Positions 26,390 through 38,383 of a stretch of DNA of 64,000 nucleotides are shown here, piece by piece; the first letter of the stretch is position 1; each line of letters opens with the position of its first letter. The notes beneath the pieces were generated by a model. The model was not told the origin of the DNA. It searched no databases and saw only the letters and a program-made list of their open reading frames with translations. The DNA comes from Thalia democratica (lineage: Eukaryota), in NCBI GenBank assembly GCA_965202585.1, contig OZ241833.1, positions 3,658,001 through 3,722,000 of the forward strand. The letters are read 5' to 3'. The position numbers and the translations under genes were made by a program.

Positions 26390-28340
26390 ACCCGGCTTGA
26401 AAGCGGCTCGAAACCGCTTAAAAGATTCAACATGGTTCTGATTCCAATGAAAGAGAAAGCAGTACACCCGAAAGATTTTAGACCTCTATACATAGGTTCA
26501 ATAATTAGGAGAGTGTTTTAAGGCATACTTAACGGGAGGATTGCAGCGATTAAGACTGATGAAGCACAGCGTGGATTTAAACCAGGAATAGAAGGATGTG
26601 TCATTAATCTTAGGATACTAGCGGAAATTGTAAAGAAAGCCATGAAAGAACTAAGAGGAATGTCAATAGCATGGATAGACCTAAAGAAAGCATTTGACTC
26701 AGTCAACCACTTGAAACTTATTTAAGTTCTGAATTCATCTGGAATACCGAGGAAGATTACTAGAATGATTACTAATATGTACAGAGGCAACACCTCATAC
26801 CTGAAAACTGGAGAACGTATCCCGATAGAAAAAGGAGTGCTACAAGGAGATCCAGTGTCGCCCACACTCTTCAATCTAGTTCTAAATGAGGCACTCAGAA
26901 ACTTTACAGGAGGATTACAATACGGACAAAGAAATCTACCGTATCTAGCATTTGCAGATGATTTAGTGATATTAGCAAATGACCCAAAGGAGCTTCAGGA
27001 ACAACTTAATCATTTAAACAGAAGATTGACCACATTTGGATTAGAAATAAACCCGGACAAGTGCAAATGTGCACATATCCAAATAAACAGGAAAACAAAA
27101 ACATACTGTATAGCAGTTAAGCCGAGGATCGTGATCAATAATTCAACAATACCGAGCTTAAATTCCGATGAAAATTATAGGTACCTGGGTATACAATTCA
27201 AGGCAAACGGTACGAGGGAATGTAAAACTGAATGGAGTATCGAGCTTGAGCGCATTGGAAAATCACATTTGAAGTCATACCAAAAATTAGAGGTATTAAG
27301 AAGACATCTTATCCCAAATGCGCCCATCACTGCAATGAGAGATATTGATTAACTTATAAGAACATGGGTAAGAGCATGGTTGCATCTGCCTAAAGACTTC
27401 CCGCCAGCAATGATTCACTTAGATATTATAGCTGGTGGATTAGGAATCAACAGGATTGAAGATACGACTATTAAAAGAAGAAACAAAGTCTTATTTAAAG
27501 GATGAAAGGAAGATATATGGATGATCGGGATGTGCAAACACTTTTGCAGTCAACGGAAGAGGATACTACTATTTTGAAAGATGACAGCGAGACGATGTAC
27601 AACACAAAAGATGGAAAAGGATTGAGGTCACATTTGAACAAGAGCGGTTACAAAAGTAGCTGGGTAAGGAAACCACCAGAAAACATGAAAGGAAGATATT
27701 GGAATGAGCTAATTCGAACTAGAGCAGGAGTGTTACTTATTCCAGCAAGGAAAGCGAGAATGAACAAAACTGAAGTTCCACCATGTGCGATTCGATGCGC
27801 AAGCAAGAAAACAAAACAAGTATATAGGGACACACTGAACCATCTTATGAGTAGTTGTGATATATCAAGGGCTCTAAGACAACAAAGACATGACAAAATC
27901 GTGAAGAAAATAGCGGAACACCTCAAGAATAATGGATATAAAGTAATACTGGAACCACTAATACCTAGTAAGCCGAAAAACAAGAAACCTGACATAGTAG
28001 CATACCACAAGGAGAAGCATAAAGTACTAGTTTGGGATCCAACAGTTGTAGGGGATCTTGGAGATCTTGAAGAGGCAGAAAATGCAAAACAGGAAAAGTA
28101 TGATGTTGAAGATGTTCATAGTTGGTTGAGAGGTGAATTACCGAGTAATCCAAAATATGGTTCCAGGCTGTTAGAAATGAGCTTTGGAGGAATTGCCTTA
28201 AACTGGAGAGGAGCTTAGAGTTACTATAGTTATCATCTGTTACATAAAGTGGCAGGAATGACGAAAAAGAACATCGAGCTACTGTCAATAATTGCATTGG
28301 AGGAAAGCCACAGGTTATGGCGTATATGCTATAGGGATTA
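26390..28340 (+). mobile_element. 5'-truncated R2-like (RT + CCHC + restriction-like endonuclease) non-LTR retrotransposon, family 1, inactivated
   Basis: DFRP, QRGF, DLKKAFDSV, GVLQGDPVSP, FADDL, C..C...HLMSSC, RHDKIV, KPDIV...WDPTV...EKYD; stops and frameshifts. Confidence 0.9.
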
Positions 28341-29919
28341 ATCATTACATTATAATTAGTTATATATTACATTATAAATCTTACATTATAATTTGTATAT
28401 ATTATAATTTGTATATATTATTGTTATTGATGAATAAATTAAGGTATCGTATTTCGCATAGTTGTCAATTGGATCTCTTTGTTTAAACAGTGTTATGCTT
28501 AGGTAGTTTATATTAGCTTCATTAGAATAAATAGTAAGGAATAAGTAAGAATAGTGTTATAGGTATTGTTAGGTCCCCTAAACTAAAAGATCAATCGAGG
28601 AATGGAAGAATTTGAGTGGGAAACCAAAGAGTACAAGTGAATGGCTGTCCTAGGAAACAATTCAGAAGATGTGGAAAATCCTCGGGCGTGTCTTCACACG
28701 TGGAGACCTACGATATCAATTGTTTGATAGTGGGCGGATGCCGAGGTTCTTAATCTCTACACAGTCCGGGTTGGAAAGCTCAGGAAAAAACGTTTGTTCC
28801 GATTAACAGTTCTATTCCAAACGGATCGAAAACTTAACAGTTGTCAAAAGACACTGAGTTGTAAAGAATCTTCAAAACTTTCATAAAAATATTCTTCTGC
28901 TAATGATTCTACAAAACGGTGTTAGAACAATTGGAATTTCAAGGAAAAACACTTAGTGAAAAAGTAGACCACGTTGACAATTAGTATGTGAAGAAAAAGT
29001 AGTTTGTAGTTTTTGCTCAGTAATGTAGTATTATTTTTGACCAAACTGTTTTCAAGCAAATGAAAAGACGAGGCAATTTGGAAGGTGAGAAGCAAATGAT
29101 GATTGGTGTTTGAAGGAAAAAGACCAAACAGAGGTTTGGTTAAGTTTTACCAAATGGCCATGGAGTTACAAATAATACCAAGGACTTTTAAAACATGAGA
29201 TAATATAATTAACTAGTTTGCTTCATTATCAAACCTTTTTTAAAACTACAAACTTAAAAAAAATTTTTTTGTTCATTGTGGCAATATTTTTTAATGTCTA
29301 TTAATTTTCAGTTTAATGTGAAAGAATCAATATCAGTTTTACAAGTTGAACAAGCTACAATGTGACAGACAAATATTAAGTATAATATTAAATTTTATGA
29401 TGAAAAAAATTCGTATTGTTAACTTTCAGGTTCAATTAGTTCAGTTCTAACGATAGATTTCTGAATTGAACAAAACAAAGCAATATCCAGAATGAAACCT
29501 TGAGTGTGAAGAACTTTCAACCTCAAACAATTTAATTCTGATTTTCTGCTGAACAGAAAGATGTAAAATGCAATATTGTGAAAAGTTCTTTATAAATTTG
29601 ATATTTCAAAATTAATTTGTGAATAAAAAGTAGGTAATTTTGGCAATTTGATTTTGAAGAAAAAGTTGTTGTTGGTCTGAAATGTTTTTCTGTTCTAAAA
29701 GTATGAAATTTTTTTTTAAGCTATGTAAAATGCTTTTATTCACTCGCTAAAAAATTAGCGAGAAAATTTTGCTTATGATCAAAGAAAAAATATTGAATAT
29801 TTTAAATGGTTATCCTTAAATGGTTTTTGTTATGAAATAGTAGAACAATGTATTAGGTATAAGTATGAGTAAAAAGTTTAAGAAAAAACTTTTAACAAAT
29901 TATCAACAGAAGAAAATAT

Positions 29920-32230
29920 TTGCAACAGATTGGAAGCGAGAGCTTCAGGCCCGTAAGACCCCCCAACGAGGAAGCGCAGCAGGGGAGCCGCGTCAAATCT
30001 ACCACGCGTCAACAAACGGAAGTTGGAGGCAAATAAGAAAACACGCCGAACCAGCGTATCTAGCGTGGCTGATGAATAGATTCATGGAGCTGGAAAGGGT
30101 ACCAGAATCGCTGAAAAACTACAAGCTGCACCTGATCGCTAAAAAAGAAAGGGACTTAGAAGAAAGTTACCAGATATTCTGGAAACGAATCGGCGGCAAT
30201 AGCGTGAGGCCTAAGAAGCCGCCGATGCGAAAGCGCGGTAAGGGGGCTGCGTCCAATCTGACCCGGGTCGACAAGCGACGTTTGGAGCAAAAGCGCTGGT
30301 GTAAAGCGTTCGAACAACTGCCACGGGATACCGCCAAGCTGATCCTGCAAAACAAGCCGTTGGCCAAGGATGGTTTCCTGCCGGAGGGCGCGTACGCCTT
30401 CTGGAAGGGTGTACTAGGGCAACGAAGAAGCCGTCGACCTGGTGAGCTTTGCAAGGAGCCTGGTGTGCAGGGAAAGACCAGCGCTGAGTTGTTTCGGGGA
30501 TGAGATCAAAGCGGGCGAGACCTACATCCAGTGGAAACGGCTGAGGGAAAAGGCCGTGGATCAAGACGGTCTCAATCGGGAAATGGTTCGTGCGGTCGAC
30601 GTACACACTTGGAAAAGCTGGTTCAACCAGTTTCTGGACTGCGGGCATCTGCCGAAGATGCTGCGTCGGTTCAGACTAACGCTCATTCCAAAGGTTGACA
30701 AGAAGTCGCCAGGGGACTACAGACCCATTGGCGTCGGCTCGGTGGCAAGGAAACTATACAGCATGGTAATGAACGCTAGATTAAGCAAGGTTGAACATGA
30801 GTTGGAGCAGCGCGGTTTCACCGCCTGTGTGGAAGAATGTCCAATCAACTTGGCCATAGTGCAGGAGGCCATTCAGAGCACCAAGATGCACGGCCGGGAA
30901 ATGTCATACGCGTTCTTGGACGTTGCCAAGGCGTTCGATTCTGTCAATCATGTAAAGATTATTGAAACGTTGGCGTACAGGGGAGTGCCCAAACGCATGC
31001 TGGTGGCCGTAGCCAGCCTGTACCAAGGGAACCAAATCGCTCTGCAGGGCAGGCCGATGAACGTGAGGAGGGCGACCCTCTGTCCCGATATTCAATCTGG
31101 TATTGAACCAGATCCTCCGAGACGCTCTCGGAGGCACCGACAGGGTGATGATCACAGGAGTTAGGCATCGGGACGCGCTGAGCCACACCCCCTACGCGGA
31201 TGACATAGCGTTGTTCGCGGACACGGGCTGCAGACGAAGATCAATCGTCGGCCAGAAAGTCAGCGTACGGCTTGAGGCTCCCGTCGAAGTGTGCAGCCGG
31301 AGGCACCCAGAGAGCGGCCTCTGGTACGTTGCCAGCCGAAAATCACGGTGTATGGCGAGCGGGTTGCCAATCTGACTGCAGAACAGCACTACCTGGGCAT
31401 AGAGTTGCACCCGGAAGGGAGCACTCGAGTGAACCTCGATATAGACCGCCTTTTGGGCAGAACAGAGGCGTGCAAGCTTACCGTGCAGCAGAAGCTGCAC
31501 ATCGTCAGAAACAACAAGCTGGCAAAAGCGCGTTACGTCACCGACCTTGGCAAGGTCGGGGACGAATAAACCAATTACTGTGATGTCCGGGTGCGGGAGT
31601 GCGTCCGTAGGCTCTGCAATCTAGATCGGTCCGTTCCGGACGCTTACATCCATGCCAACGCCAGAGGTGGCGGCATGGAAATACCGCGTCTGGTCGAGAC
31701 CACCAACCGAAGCAGGTCCCGCCGCAGGTCGCGGTTCGAACGAATATTCGACGACCCTCAGGCGCGGGCCATGGGCAGGTGGATAAGGCCAGGACACTGA
31801 GCAATCGGAGAGACGAAGCCTCTGGGTCACGGAGGGTGGAGCGAACCTGCGGAACCACTGAGGCCGGGAGCGGCTACCGCAGCCTATGGATTCGTACCTT
31901 GCCTTCCGGTGTGGAGGAAAGTACGTTCGTCGGTGAGAGCTCGAATTGGAGACGTCACACCCGAACCGTCGGGAGGAGACTGCCGACATTGCCCGAGCGA
32001 ACCTGCAGAGCCATACTGGCGGTAGCATGATCGGAAGCGTCCCGTCCGGTTTGGAGGAGAGGAAGTTCGTCGAGCTGGTACGAATTCGAATTGGTGCTAT
32101 CAGACCCGGACCGTCGGTCGGAAACTGCCGACACTGCCCGGGCGCAGCGACGTCAATCAGGCACGTTCTCAACGAGTGTCACCCAGGACATGGAGAACAT
32201 TGGAGAGGTTGAGCCGATTCGGGGCCTGGA
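29920..32230 (+). mobile_element. R2-like non-LTR retrotransposon family 2, longest copy, degenerate
   Basis: AFWKGVLG, LTLIPK...GDYRPI, EQRGF, FLDVAKAFDSV, YADDIAL, YLGI, C..C...RHVLNEC; frameshifted. Confidence 0.9.
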
Positions 32231-34199
32231 ACAGCGATGTCTGTGTTAGAAGACAAAGAGAAGAGAGAAAAATAGAGTTTTTTCGAACTATATATTAAAA
32301 AACAGCTTTTAGTTTCAGTCTTAAAAAAAAAAAATCATATCTAATAAAAACCAATATTATGTATAAGAACCATTACTAGTTGTGCAAGATTAACAAGTTG
32401 CAATGGTAAAATTTTAATAAAAATGGTTTATTTCAAATGTCTAATAGTTTTATTTAAAATTTTAAATTTAATAAAATAGTTAGCAAAAGTTATTGTTTGT
32501 TATTACAAACATTATTATTTAAAAAAAACTGAGATACAGATGAAATAGCTCAGCTACTCGATATAAATGACAATATCAGCTATTTAGCTAGAAAAATGTG
32601 GCAGAATTGTGCAACAGAAAATTATGAAATTTAGATAAAACTATGCAATATGTATTATGTTTGTAAAAGTAACTTTTGACATCCAGTTTTAGTAGTATAT
32701 GAGCACAGAGGCACGAGGCGGTGATGGAGAAGCTTTGGGACTGTTACGATCGTACCGGCGGGGAGCGTCAGGTGAGTACGGAGCAGACTTCATACTGTTC
32801 GACCCACAGGGGTTCGGACTGGCCGTGAGCGTCGCAATTGTGGATTTGGAAATGAACCTTTGTGAAGTTAGAGACCGCCTCTACGGAGAAGAGGAGTTGG
32901 TGTACGCGCACGGCGCCGATGAAGCTTTCTTCCTGGTCATGAATGATCGAGGAATATGGGCGAAAGACAGCCGGTCCGACTTGAAGAAGATCGGCTTGGA
33001 AAAGTCAGTTCACGATCTATTGTCAGTTGAGGTCTTGGCATGGACCGCCAAGATAGTTGCGTATTGGAATCGCAACCCGCGAACCCACAGGATGCCGACG
33101 GGAAAGTGGACGCTAACGTCAGTTTTGCTTCATTTTTTAAAATGCTTATTTAAAACGCTTTAGTGTTCATTGTGAAAAAGATATTTTTATACTTATCAAT
33201 AGTAACACTATGTGAAAAGAATTACTTCAAGTTGTGCAACAGTTGTTTGCAGAAGCTGAAATAGTAAATTAAATAATGTACTGTTTGTTATAAAGCTGTA
33301 ACCTTAGATACTATTTAAACATGGTGACACAGTAAAAGTGAATATAATAACTTTCAGATATTTCTTTGTCCGTAAATATACACAGCTATTTGTTGGAGAA
33401 AATTCCCGCTTTATTTCTGTTCTACTCTATTCAGAAGCACAACTAAAATTCCAAACAATATTTTTTTGCTGGAGATGATTTTGTGAATACTTGATACGTA
33501 ACTACGTACAAAAAAAAACTATACAAAAGATTTAGTAAAATAATGACTGACTGTGGAGGAGCACTAATACTATCTCGGGACCGAACTGCATCCTGAGGGG
33601 AGCACGGTTCAAGTAAAAAATTAAAGGAAAGGAAAGTTACATATTTATTTAGACAAATCTAAAAGTCTTGACTATTGATTTATTTATGTAGGTAATTTCA
33701 GACAAGATACATGAATTATAATATTAACAAGTAAATTTATAGTTAAGAAACTATGTAATTATTATACTATCTTAAAAAAGATCTCTAAGCAGATTTAAAT
33801 AATTAAGTTTGTTTCGTTAAAATAAGAGCATTTTAGAACTATATATACTATAAAAGCTTTATGTCAATTGTGGCAAAATATGTTTTCATATTTTAAAGCC
33901 TTTTAAAGCATATATTTTGAAAAAACAGCCAATACCATTTATACTATCTGCAATGATAGTATTAAAAAAAGTACCTTTTCAACGCTTTAACAAAGTGACA
34001 GAGTTATATTAAATTTAACTATGGATCATCTTAAGCTTTATACTTAAGGTTTAAAACAATTTTAATATGTTGCTTTTTATTTTACAATAAATATAATTAG
34101 CCCTACCTTGAACACTGTGTATTTTTAAAGTTGATAGTTGCTGTAAATGTAAAACAAAAAAAGACAACTCAGTTATATTAATAAACGATAGCGCAGACA

Positions 34200-34640
34200 C
34201 AAGTTGCTTCTAGAACCATTGGGTTAAAGAATGATGAAAAAATTAATAATTTGTTCAAAACAGAAAAGACAATTGGGATAAAAGGTTTTAATAAAAATTT
34301 TCACCTTAAAAAAATTTGGACCAGGAAGGTGCCCCATAGTTGTTGGTAATACCAGAGGAAATGTGAAACCCGAGTACTGCCCATTCTAGAAAAATGATTA
34401 AGAAGAACTGACGCAATTAGCCATCCTGGACCACATAAACGCAAGCTGCGTCCAAACAAAAAGGACTACGCACGATGAGACACAACAAGCTGCTAGACAT
34501 GATGTCGTGCTAGATCAATGATAAAAGCCGGAAGCAGTAAAGAGTGGATGCTGAAAAGATACGTCAGAGAGCCTAACATTAAAGGGGAAGGAGGCAAGGT
34601 GGAACTCAAGCCCGACATACCCAGCAATCAAAGATATTCA
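34200..34640 (+). pseudogene. C-terminal relic (CCHC, RH, PD) of a third R2-like family; also near 39230, 44035, 52330, 57500
   Basis: Consensus across copies reads EYCPFC...ILDHINASC...MRHNKLLDMM...VREPNI...LKPDI, fused to family-2 RT. Confidence 0.65.
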
Positions 34641-36628
34641 TCAGCGTATCTAGCGTGGCTGATGAATAGACTCATAGAAATGAAGAGGGTACAAGAATCG
34701 CTGAAAAACTAAAAGCTGAACCTACATCCAATGGAAGCGGCTGAAGGAAAAAGCTGTGGGTTCCGACGGTCTCAATCGGGAAATGGTTCGTGCGGTCGAC
34801 GTACACACTTGGAAAAGCTGGTTCAACCAGTTTCTGGACTGCAGGCATCCGGTTCAGACTAACACTCATTCCAAAGGTTGACAAGCCTAAGTCGCCCGGG
34901 GACTATAGGCCCATTAGCGTCGGCTTGGTGGCAAGGAAGTTGTACAGTATGGTACTGAACGCTAGACTGAGCAAGATCGAACATGAGTTGGAGCAGCGCG
35001 GTTTCACCGCCTGTGTGGAAGGATGTCCAATCAACTTGGCTGTAGTGCAGGAGGCCATTCAGAGCACCAAGATGCATGGCGGGGAAATGTCATACGCGTT
35101 TTTGGACGTCGCCAAGGCGTTCGATTCTGTCAATCATGTGAAGATAATTGAAACGTTGGCGCACAGGGGAATGCCCAAGCACATGTTGGTGGCAGTGGCC
35201 AATCTGTATCAGGGCAATCAGATCGCTCGCATGGAAGGCCAATGGAAGTGAGGAGAGGCGTTGTGCAGGGAGACCCGCTATCCCCTACGATTTTCAAACT
35301 TGTGTTGGATGAGATCCTCCGAGACGGAGGCACCGACAGGATGATGCTCACGGGTGTGAGACACCGGGACGCGCTGAGCCACACCGCCTACGCGGATGAC
35401 ATAGCGTTGTTCGCGGGCTGCAGACGAAGATCAATCGTCTGACGGCCAGAATGCTAGCGTACGGCTTGAAGCTCAAGCCGTCGAAATGTGCAGCCGCACA
35501 CCTGAGAAGACACCCGGAGAACGGCCTGTGGTATGTCGCCAGCAGGCCGAAAATTATGATCTACGGCGGGCGCGTCGCCAACTTGAGTGCAGAACAGCAC
35601 TACCGCTACCTGGGCATAGAGTTGCACCCGGAAGGGAGCACTCGAGTGACCCTCGACATAGACCGCCTTTTGGGCAGAACAAAGGCGTGCAAGCTTACCG
35701 TGCAGCAGAAGCTGCACATCGTCAGAAACAACAAGCTGGCAAAAGCGCGTTACGTCACCGACCTTGGCAAGGTCAGGGACGAATAAACCAATTACTGTGA
35801 TGTCCGGGTGCGGGAGTGCGTCCGTAGGCTCTGCGATCTAGATCGGTCCGTTCCGGACGGTTACATCCATGCCAACGCCAGAGATGGCGGCATGGAAATA
35901 GCGCGTCTGGTCGAGACCACCAACCGAAGCAGGTCCCGCCGCAGGTCGCGGTTCAAACGAATATTTGACGACCCACAGGCGCGGGCCATGGGCAGGTGGA
36001 TAAGGCCAGGACAGAGAGTTTCTGAGCATTCGGAGAGACGAAGCCTCTGGACCACGGAGGGTGGAACCTGCGGAACCACACGGTAGGAAGAGGCTACCGC
36101 AGCCTATGGATTCGTACCTTACCTCCCGGTGTGGAGGAGAGTACGTTCGTCGACATGGTGATGAAGACGTCAGACCCGAACCGTCGGGAGGAGACTGCCG
36201 ACACTGCCCGGGCTTGGTGTCGTTGATAATGCACGTACTCAACGAGTGTCACACAGGACCTGGTCGCAAAAAGACACGAGGCGGTAATGGAGAAACTTTT
36301 GGGACTGTTACGATCGTATCGAGAGGATGTACCGGCGGGGAGCGTCAGGTGAGTACCGAGCAGACTTCATACTGTTCGACCCACAGGGGTTCGGACTGAC
36401 CGTGAGCGTCGCTATTGTGGATTCGGGAATGAACCTTTGTGAAGTTAGAGACCGCCTCTGCGGAGAAGAGGAGTTGGTGTACGCGCACGCGAACGGCGCC
36501 GATGAAGCTTTCTTCCTGGTCATGGATGATCGAGGAGTATGGGCGAAAGACAGCCGGTCCGACTTGAAGAAGATCGGCTTGGAGAAGTCAGTTCACGATC
36601 TATTGTCAGTTGAGGTCTTGGCATGGAC
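34640..36628 (+). mobile_element. R2-like family 2 copy (RT to RLE), truncated by LTR-derived sequence
   Basis: GVVQGDPLSP, YADDIAL, KRH, ADFIL...GVWAKDSRSDLKKIGL; breaks at GCATGGAC (36628). Confidence 0.9.
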
Positions 36629-36742
36629 ATCAATTCAAATTTCTAAATGTGTGAATTTTTTCTTGTTTATGAAGAAAGGGTGTTTTTTATCTTCCAACAA
36701 AAAGGCAGAGGAGAAGTAGAGTGACGATTCTCTTTCAACAGT

Positions 36743-36755
36743 GGAGAAGAGGAAG
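36743..36755 (+). other. Polypurine tract directly 5' of the LTR
   Basis: GGAGAAGAGGAAG abuts TGTAAC at 36756. Confidence 0.7.
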
Positions 36756-37102
36756 TGTAACAGGATATCAAGTTGCACTTGATTACTGTTTAAATTTGGT
36801 TGGAAGTTTTGAGCTAAAAGTTCATTCAAGCGTTAAGAGAAAGCTGGCAAGGTCAAGTTTTATACTGATGCAAGTTTAATACAGTTGACAAAAGGAGAAA
36901 ATAAAGTGCAGACCAGAAACCCTGATGCAACATTGAGTTATGGAATGTTATATATAAGCTGATACAACAGACAGATGGGGAGATTCTAGCCACAGCCTGC
37001 TGCAGTAAACGTGATAATGAAGAATAGACATTTATATTGTTTTCTTGTGTTATATAAAGTGTTTTTTGATTAGTATTATTTTTATAAGTATTTCTTAGTT
37101 AC
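36756..37102 (+). mobile_element. Truncated LTR (first 347 bp), left arm of the viral cassette
   Basis: Starts TGTAACAGG, has TATATAAG at 36951, and is the reverse complement of 38655-39001 with about 3 mismatches. Confidence 0.85.
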
Positions 37103-37115
37103 TCCATATATATAC

Positions 37116-38374
37116 TCAATATTAGCCCATCCGAGCCTTTCCAGAGATTACCGGACTACGTGACCTCACGCATTAGATCCGTATCTTTCCCCAGCGGCCC
37201 TGCAGAAAGTGAAAGAACCACGTTGCTTAGTCAAGCTCGAGCTATCTGTTCTTTCTCACAGGGTGTCTCAAGAAGCCTCACGGTCTACGAGGGGGAGTGC
37301 CCTCCTATTTACTTCCCATCTCAGATATCTATCACAGCAGAAGTGGTTCTGTTCGCCAATGGCAACTTACAACCAGACCTGGTGCCCTATTTGCTGGGAT
37401 GTGTTATTATAGGTGAAGTGAGCGAGGAATCTGAGCTTTCCCCCATCATTTCCAAAGCCCTGGGGAATTGGATGTCCCTGCTCCCGATGACATGGGAGTT
37501 CCCCTACTGAAACGTCATCCTGAGATCAAAGAACAAGTAAAGGGAAAGTTTGAAGAAGCTCCCGAAGTCAGCTCCAATAGTGCCAGTTGGTGGGGGAAAG
37601 AAGCTCTTAAAGACATCGTTGAGTTTCTGATTTCCAACATAATCCTCCAAGATTCCATGATGGAAAGTAAGGTTTCGGCTCTTGATGATAGATTGAAGAA
37701 ACTGGACATATCCGACAACATCAAGAAATTGGGCTCTAAGAGACCTAGGATTCAGCAGGAAGAGTTTGTGGCCCATTTCTTGATAGGATTAGTTTCAAAA
37801 TCCCTTGGGGGGTTCACTGGAAAGTTGGCTTATTCCTTTGCGAAGAGGAAAGGCAATAAGGCTGTCAATGTCTCCAACATGACTGGAGATGAGAAGATGA
37901 TTCTTTCATTGATGGCTGCAGCTCATGCAAAGATGCTCCCTGACTTCGGGAGGGTGAATGCCATTTTCAAGAAAGTTCTCGAAGAAATCAACAACTTTAA
38001 AGATAAGTTCGGAAATCCTTATTGGGATTACACAAGAGTGCATTACAAAGAAGGGGCTCCAGAGAAAGAGTACATAGATGCCTTCACTTATGTTATGGGA
38101 AATCTAGGGGAAACACGAGTGTTAGAGCAGACAAATTCTACTCGCCAAATAACCAATCTCAAAGTCTATTAGCTGAATCAGACTATCGATGAACCAAAAT
38201 CAGTCAACTGCTTTCACATTGAACAATCCCAGTGCAACGATGGCAACTCCCGGTGGAAGCTTGTCCAAAAAAACCAACCAATCCCAAGTCAACTCGGCCC
38301 AAAGCAAGTTCGGAGGAACCGTTTCGCTCGCAAATCCCATCCCAAAACCGGTCTTCAATATTAGCCCACCCGAG
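37116..38374 (+). pseudogene. Candidate endogenous viral element: circularly permuted nucleoprotein-like gene (~407 aa when re-joined)
   Basis: Intron-less and more GC-rich than host DNA. Frames 37118-37490 and 37468-38172 join by restoring one C that is present in copy 2. ATG at 38189 leads in frame into the terminal repeat. YIDAFTYVMG resembles the mononegaviral N motif. Confidence 0.55.
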
Positions 38375-38381
38375 GACGCCA
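38364..38381 (-). other. Primer-binding site complementary to a tRNA-Asn 3' end
   Basis: Minus strand reads GGTTACA-AT-TGGCGTCCTCGGGTGGGC. Plus strand AGCCCACCCGAGGACGCCA matches 17/19 of the vertebrate tRNA-Asn(GTT) end AGCCCACCCAGGGACGCCA as recalled. Confidence 0.8.
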
Positions 38382-38383
38382 AT

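Noticed and set aside
28439-28450. 28S rDNA R2 target site after the family-1 element (TTAAGGTA)
   Set aside because: The following bases are TCGTATTTCG, not GCCAAATGCC, and no rRNA sequence is recognisable in the window.
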